This document shows, one piece after another, positions 59,622-64,000 of a stretch of 64,000 nucleotides of DNA (positions are counted from its first letter, which is position 1; every line of letters begins with the position of its first letter). Location: positions 145,452,001 to 145,516,000 of the forward strand of contig NC_091984.1 of NCBI RefSeq assembly GCF_044704955.1, read 5' to 3'. Origin of the DNA: Pristiophorus japonicus. Lineage: Eukaryota. The position numbers were made by a program, and so were the translations under genes. The notes under the pieces were generated by a model. The model saw nothing but the letters and a program-made list of their open reading frames with translations. It made no database searches and had not been told where the DNA came from.

Positions 59622-62600
59622 AGAAACATAGAAACATAGAAAATAGGTGCAGGAGTAGGCCATTCAGGCTTTCAAGCCTGCACCGCCATTCAATGAGTTC
59701 ATGGCTGAACATGCAACTTCAGTACCCCCTTCCTGCTTTTTCGCCATACCCCTTGATCCCCCGAATAGTAAGGACTTCATCTAACTCCCTTTTGAATATA
59801 TTTAGTGAATTGGCCTCAACAACTTTCTGTGGTAGAGAATTCCACAGCTTCACCACTCTCTGGGTGAAGAAGTTTCTCCTCATCTCGGTCCTAAATGGCT
59901 TACCTCTTATCCTTCGACTATGACCCCTGGTTCTGGACTTCCCCAACATTGGGAACATTCTTCCTGCATCTAACCTGTCTAAACCCGTCAGAACATTAAA
60001 TGTTTCTATGAGATCCCCTCTCATTCTTCTGAACTCCAGTGAATACAATCCCAGTTGATCCAGTCTTGATATGTCAATCCCGCCATCCCGGGAATCAGTC
60101 TGGTGAACCTTCGCTGCACTCCCTCAATAGCAAGAATGTCCTTCCTCAAATTAGGAGACCAAAACTGTACACAATACTCCAGGTGTGGCCTCACCAAGGC
60201 CCTGTACAACTGTAGCAACACCTCCTTGCCCCTGTACTTAAATCCCCTTGCTATGAAGGCCAACATGCCATTTGCTTTCTTAACCGCCTGCTGTACCTGC
60301 ATGCCACCCTTCAATGACTGATGTACCATGACACCCAGGTCTCGTTGCACCTCCCCTTTTCCTAATATGTCACCATACAGATAATAGTCTGTCTCTCTGT
60401 TTTTACCACCAAAGTGGATAACTTCACATTTATCCACATTATGCTTCATCTGCCATGCATTTGCCCACTCACCGAACCTATCCAAGTCACTCTGCAGCCT
60501 CATAGCATCCTCCTCGCAGCTCACACTGCCACCCAACTTAGTGTCATTCGCAAATTTGGGGATACGACATTTAATCCCCTTGTCTAAATCATTAATGTAC
60601 AATGTAAACAACTGGGGCACCAGCAAAGAACCTTGCAGTAGTCCACTAGTCACTGCCTGCCATTCTGAAAAGTACCCATTTACTCCTACTCTTTGCTTTC
60701 TGTCTGCCAACGAGTTCTCAATCCACATCAGCATATTACCCCCAATCCCATGTGCTTTAACTTTGCACATTAATCTCTTGTGTAGGACCTTGTCGAAAGC
60801 CTTCTGAAAGTCCAAATACACCACATCAACTGGTTCTCCCTTGTCCACTCCACTGGAAACATCCTTAAAAAATTCCAGAAGATTTGTCAAGCATGATTTC
60901 CCTTTCACAAATCCATGCTGACTTGGACCTATCATGTCACCTCTTTCTAAATGCGCTGCTATGACATCCTTAATAATTGATTCCATCATTTTACCCACTA
61001 CCAATACCAGGCTGACCAGTCTATAATTCCCTGTTTTCTCTTTCCCTCCTTTTTTAAAAAGTGGGGTTACATTGGCTACCCTCCACTCCATAGGAACTGA
61101 TCCAGAGTCAATGGAATGTTGGAAAGTGACTGTCAATGCATCCGCTATTTACAAGATCACCTCCTTAAGTACTCTGGGATGCAATCTATCAGGTCCTGGG
61201 GAGAGTGTTTGCTAGTGCTGTTGGGGAGGAGTTAAACTAATATGGCAGGGGGATGGGAACCAATGCAGGGAGACAGAGGGAGACAAAAAGGAGGCAAAAG
61301 CAAAAGACAGAAAGGAGATGAGGAAAAGTGGAGGGCAGAGAAACCTCAGGAAAAGAACAAAAAGGGCCACTGTACAGCAAAATTCTAAAAGGACAAAGGG
61401 TGTTAAAAAAACAAGCCTGAAGGCTTTGTGTCTTAATGCAAGGAGCATCTGCAATAAGGTGGATGAATTAACTGTGCAAATAGACGTTAACAAATATGAT
61501 GTGATTGGGATTATGGAGACATGGCTCCAGGATGATCAGGGCTGGGAACTCAACATCCAGGGGTATTCAACATTCAGGAAGGATAGAATAAAAGGTAAAG
61601 GAGGTGAGGTAGCATCGCTGGTTAAAGAGGAGATTAATGCAATAGTTAGGAAAGACATTAGCTTGGATGATGTGGAATCTATATGGGTAGAGCTGCAGAA
61701 CACCAAAGGGCAAAAAAAGTTAGTGGGAGTTGTGTACAGACCTCCAAACAGTAGTAGTGATGTTGGGGAGGGTATCAAACAGGAAATTAGGGGTGCATGC
61801 AATAAAGGTGTAGCAGTTATAATGGGTGACTTTAATATGCACATAGATTGGGCTAGCCAAACTGGAAGCAATACGGTGGAGGAGGATTTCCTGGAGTGCA
61901 TAAGGGATGGTTTTCTAGACCAATATGTCGAGGAACCAACTAGGGGGGAGGCCATCTTAGACTGGTGTTGTGTAATGAGAGAGGATTAATTAGCAATCTC
62001 ATTGTGCGAGGCCCCTTGGGGAAGAGTGACCATAATATGGTGGAATTCTGCATTAGGATGGAGAATGAAACAGTTAATTCAGAGACCATGGTCCAGAACT
62101 TAAAGAAGGGTAACTTTGAAGGTATGAGGCGTGAATTGGCTAGGATAGATTGGCGAATGATACTTAAGGGGTTGACTGTGGATGGGCAATGGCAGACATT
62201 TAGAGACCGCATGGATGAATTACAACAATTGTACATTCCTGTCTGGCGTAAAAATAAAAAAGGGAAGGTGGCTCAACCGTGGCTATCTAGGGAAATCAGG
62301 GATAGTATTAAAGCCAAGGATACACTTCCCGCACACGTAGTCACCAGGGTCACCCGAAGTGTCCCTGAGTTCCCACATGGTACAGGAGGAGCATAACATC
62401 TGACCGAGCTCTCCTGCCATGACTTAACCCTTAGATACACTTAAATTGGCAACAACAATGTTAAAAGTTACTGACTAATATAAAAAGAAAAAGAAAAACT
62501 ACTCACCAATCACCAGCCAATCACTTACCCCCTAGGCTGTGACGTCACCTTTCTGTTTCTTTCTACTTCTTTATTGCCTTCTCCTTGTAGCTGCACAAGT

Positions 62601-62940
62601 ACGCCTCACCAACGAACTCCCGACGCCTCTCGCGGCCTTTTATAGGCCTCCGACCCCGGACTCACGCCACACCAACGAACTCCCGACGCCTCTCGCGGCT
62701 TTTTATAGGCCTCCGACCCCGGACTCACGCCTCACCAATGAACTCCCAACGCCTCTCGCGGCCTTTTATAGGCCTCTGACCCCGGATTCACGCCTCACCC
62801 TATTACGAATTCATCCACCTTATTACAAATACTCTTTGCATTAAGACACAAAGCCTTCAGGTTTGTATTTTTAATATCCTTTGTCCTTTTAGAATTATGA
62901 TGTAGTGTGGCCCTTTTTGTTTCTTGCCTTTGTTTACTCG
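59622..62940 (-). mobile_element. Rearranged CR1 insertion with an internal inversion (plus-strand segment ~61200-62320)
   Basis: RT ORF 60021-61136 on minus, endonuclease ORF 61318-61989 on plus, and ORF1 start plus 5'UTR repeats on minus. GTTAT is duplicated at both ends. Confidence 0.88.
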
Positions 62941-64000
62941 GTTATGTTCCAACAAATTGCTTGTTCTGTATAACCTATATAAACGTTTAGTGCTAGCTTG
63001 CGATTCATCTTCGTACGGGGTCAGGTGTGTGTTACAACAAGTAAACGAATCGGGTAAAATGCAACCGGTCCCCTATGCATTCAGGAGTTTGTCTAAGGCC
63101 GAAAGCATGATTGAAAAAGAAACTCTGGCATGCGATTACCGGGTGGAAAAAATGCACCAGTATCTGTTTGGTCTCAAGTTTGAGTTAAAAACTGACCATA
63201 AGCCAATCATATCGCTATTCTAAGAGAGCAAAGGGATTAATACCAATGCCTCTGACGGCAATCAAAGATGGGCGCTCACGCTGTCTGCATATAACTATGT
63301 AATCTGCCACAGACCAGGCACAGAGAACTGTGCTGATGCTCTCAGTCAGCTACCATTGCCCACCACCGGGGTGGAAATGGCACAGCCTGCAGAATTGCTC
63401 TTGGTGATGGATGCATTTGAAAGTGAAATGTCACCCGTTACGGCCCGCCAGATCAGGACCTGGACCAGCCAGGATCCTTTACTGTCCCTTGTAAAAAAAC
63501 TGTGTGCTCCATGGGAGCTGGTCCAGTGTCCCATCGGAGATGCATGAAGAGATCAAGCTATTGTAGTGGCACAAAGATGACATGTCCATACAGGTGGACT
63601 GTCTTTTGTGGGGCAATCACATGGTTTTGCCTAAGAAAGGCAGAGAAACATTCTTAGGCGACCTACATATTACCCATCCAGGAATAGTAATGATGAAAGC
63701 TATAGCCAGATCCCATCTGTGGTGGCCCGGCATCGACTCTGATTTGGCGTCATGTGTGCGCCAATGCAACACTTGCTCTCAACTGAGCAATGCACCTAGA
63801 GAGTCACCGCTAAGTTTGTGGTCATGGCTCTCCAAACCGTGGTCTCGGATCCACGTTGACTTTGCGGGCCCATTTCTAGGCAAAATGTTTTAGTTGTTGT
63901 GAATGTTTATTCAAAATGGATTGAGTGTGTAATAATGTCTGTAAACATATCCACTGCCACCATCGAAAGCCTATGAGCCATGTTCACCATACACGGCCTG

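Larger units (their letters stand above)
57038..64000 (+). mobile_element. Ty3/Gypsy retrotransposon related to 43356-47879 (5' LTR 57038-57245), interrupted by two CR1 insertions and running off the window
   Basis: PBS-like TGGTGACGAG at 57248. Motifs: MELDMG, RICGDYKVTIN, VFQDDILV, LACDSS, WWPGID..CVRQCNTC and RIHVDFAGP. Confidence 0.92.

Overview
Repeat-dense vertebrate genomic DNA, almost certainly a shark (elasmobranch), judged from a shark-type Ig kappa constant exon, Deu-domain SINEs, and CR1/L2/RTE LINEs with shark-typical tails. The only intact host coding sequence is a minus-strand Ig kappa C exon (29560-29888), with no J or V segment recognisable in the window. There is also an intronless, decayed MROH1-like pseudogene (~14.3-15.9 kb). 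Most of the rest is nested mobile DNA. Three related retrovirus-like LTR elements (0.7-2.6, 2.6-11.5 and 30.0-38.4 kb) carry three different 3' cargoes; the two complete enough to judge show spumavirus-like RT, tether plus second RNase H, and tRNA-Arg primer sites. The window also holds two conventional Gypsy elements plus the LTR of a third, Harbinger remnants, many CR1/L2/RTE fragments and several TE-seeded minisatellites. The most unusual object is a 602-bp poly(A)-tailed, TSD-flanked retroposon (55186-55787, minus strand) built from U2 and U1 snRNA pieces. In it, one monomer sits exactly at U2 position 37/38 of another, the target site of U2-specific LINEs, so it looks like a shark snRNA-headed SINE (SINEU-like) system. 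All homologies were recognised by eye from remembered reference motifs; no searches were run, and boundaries of decayed elements are approximate.
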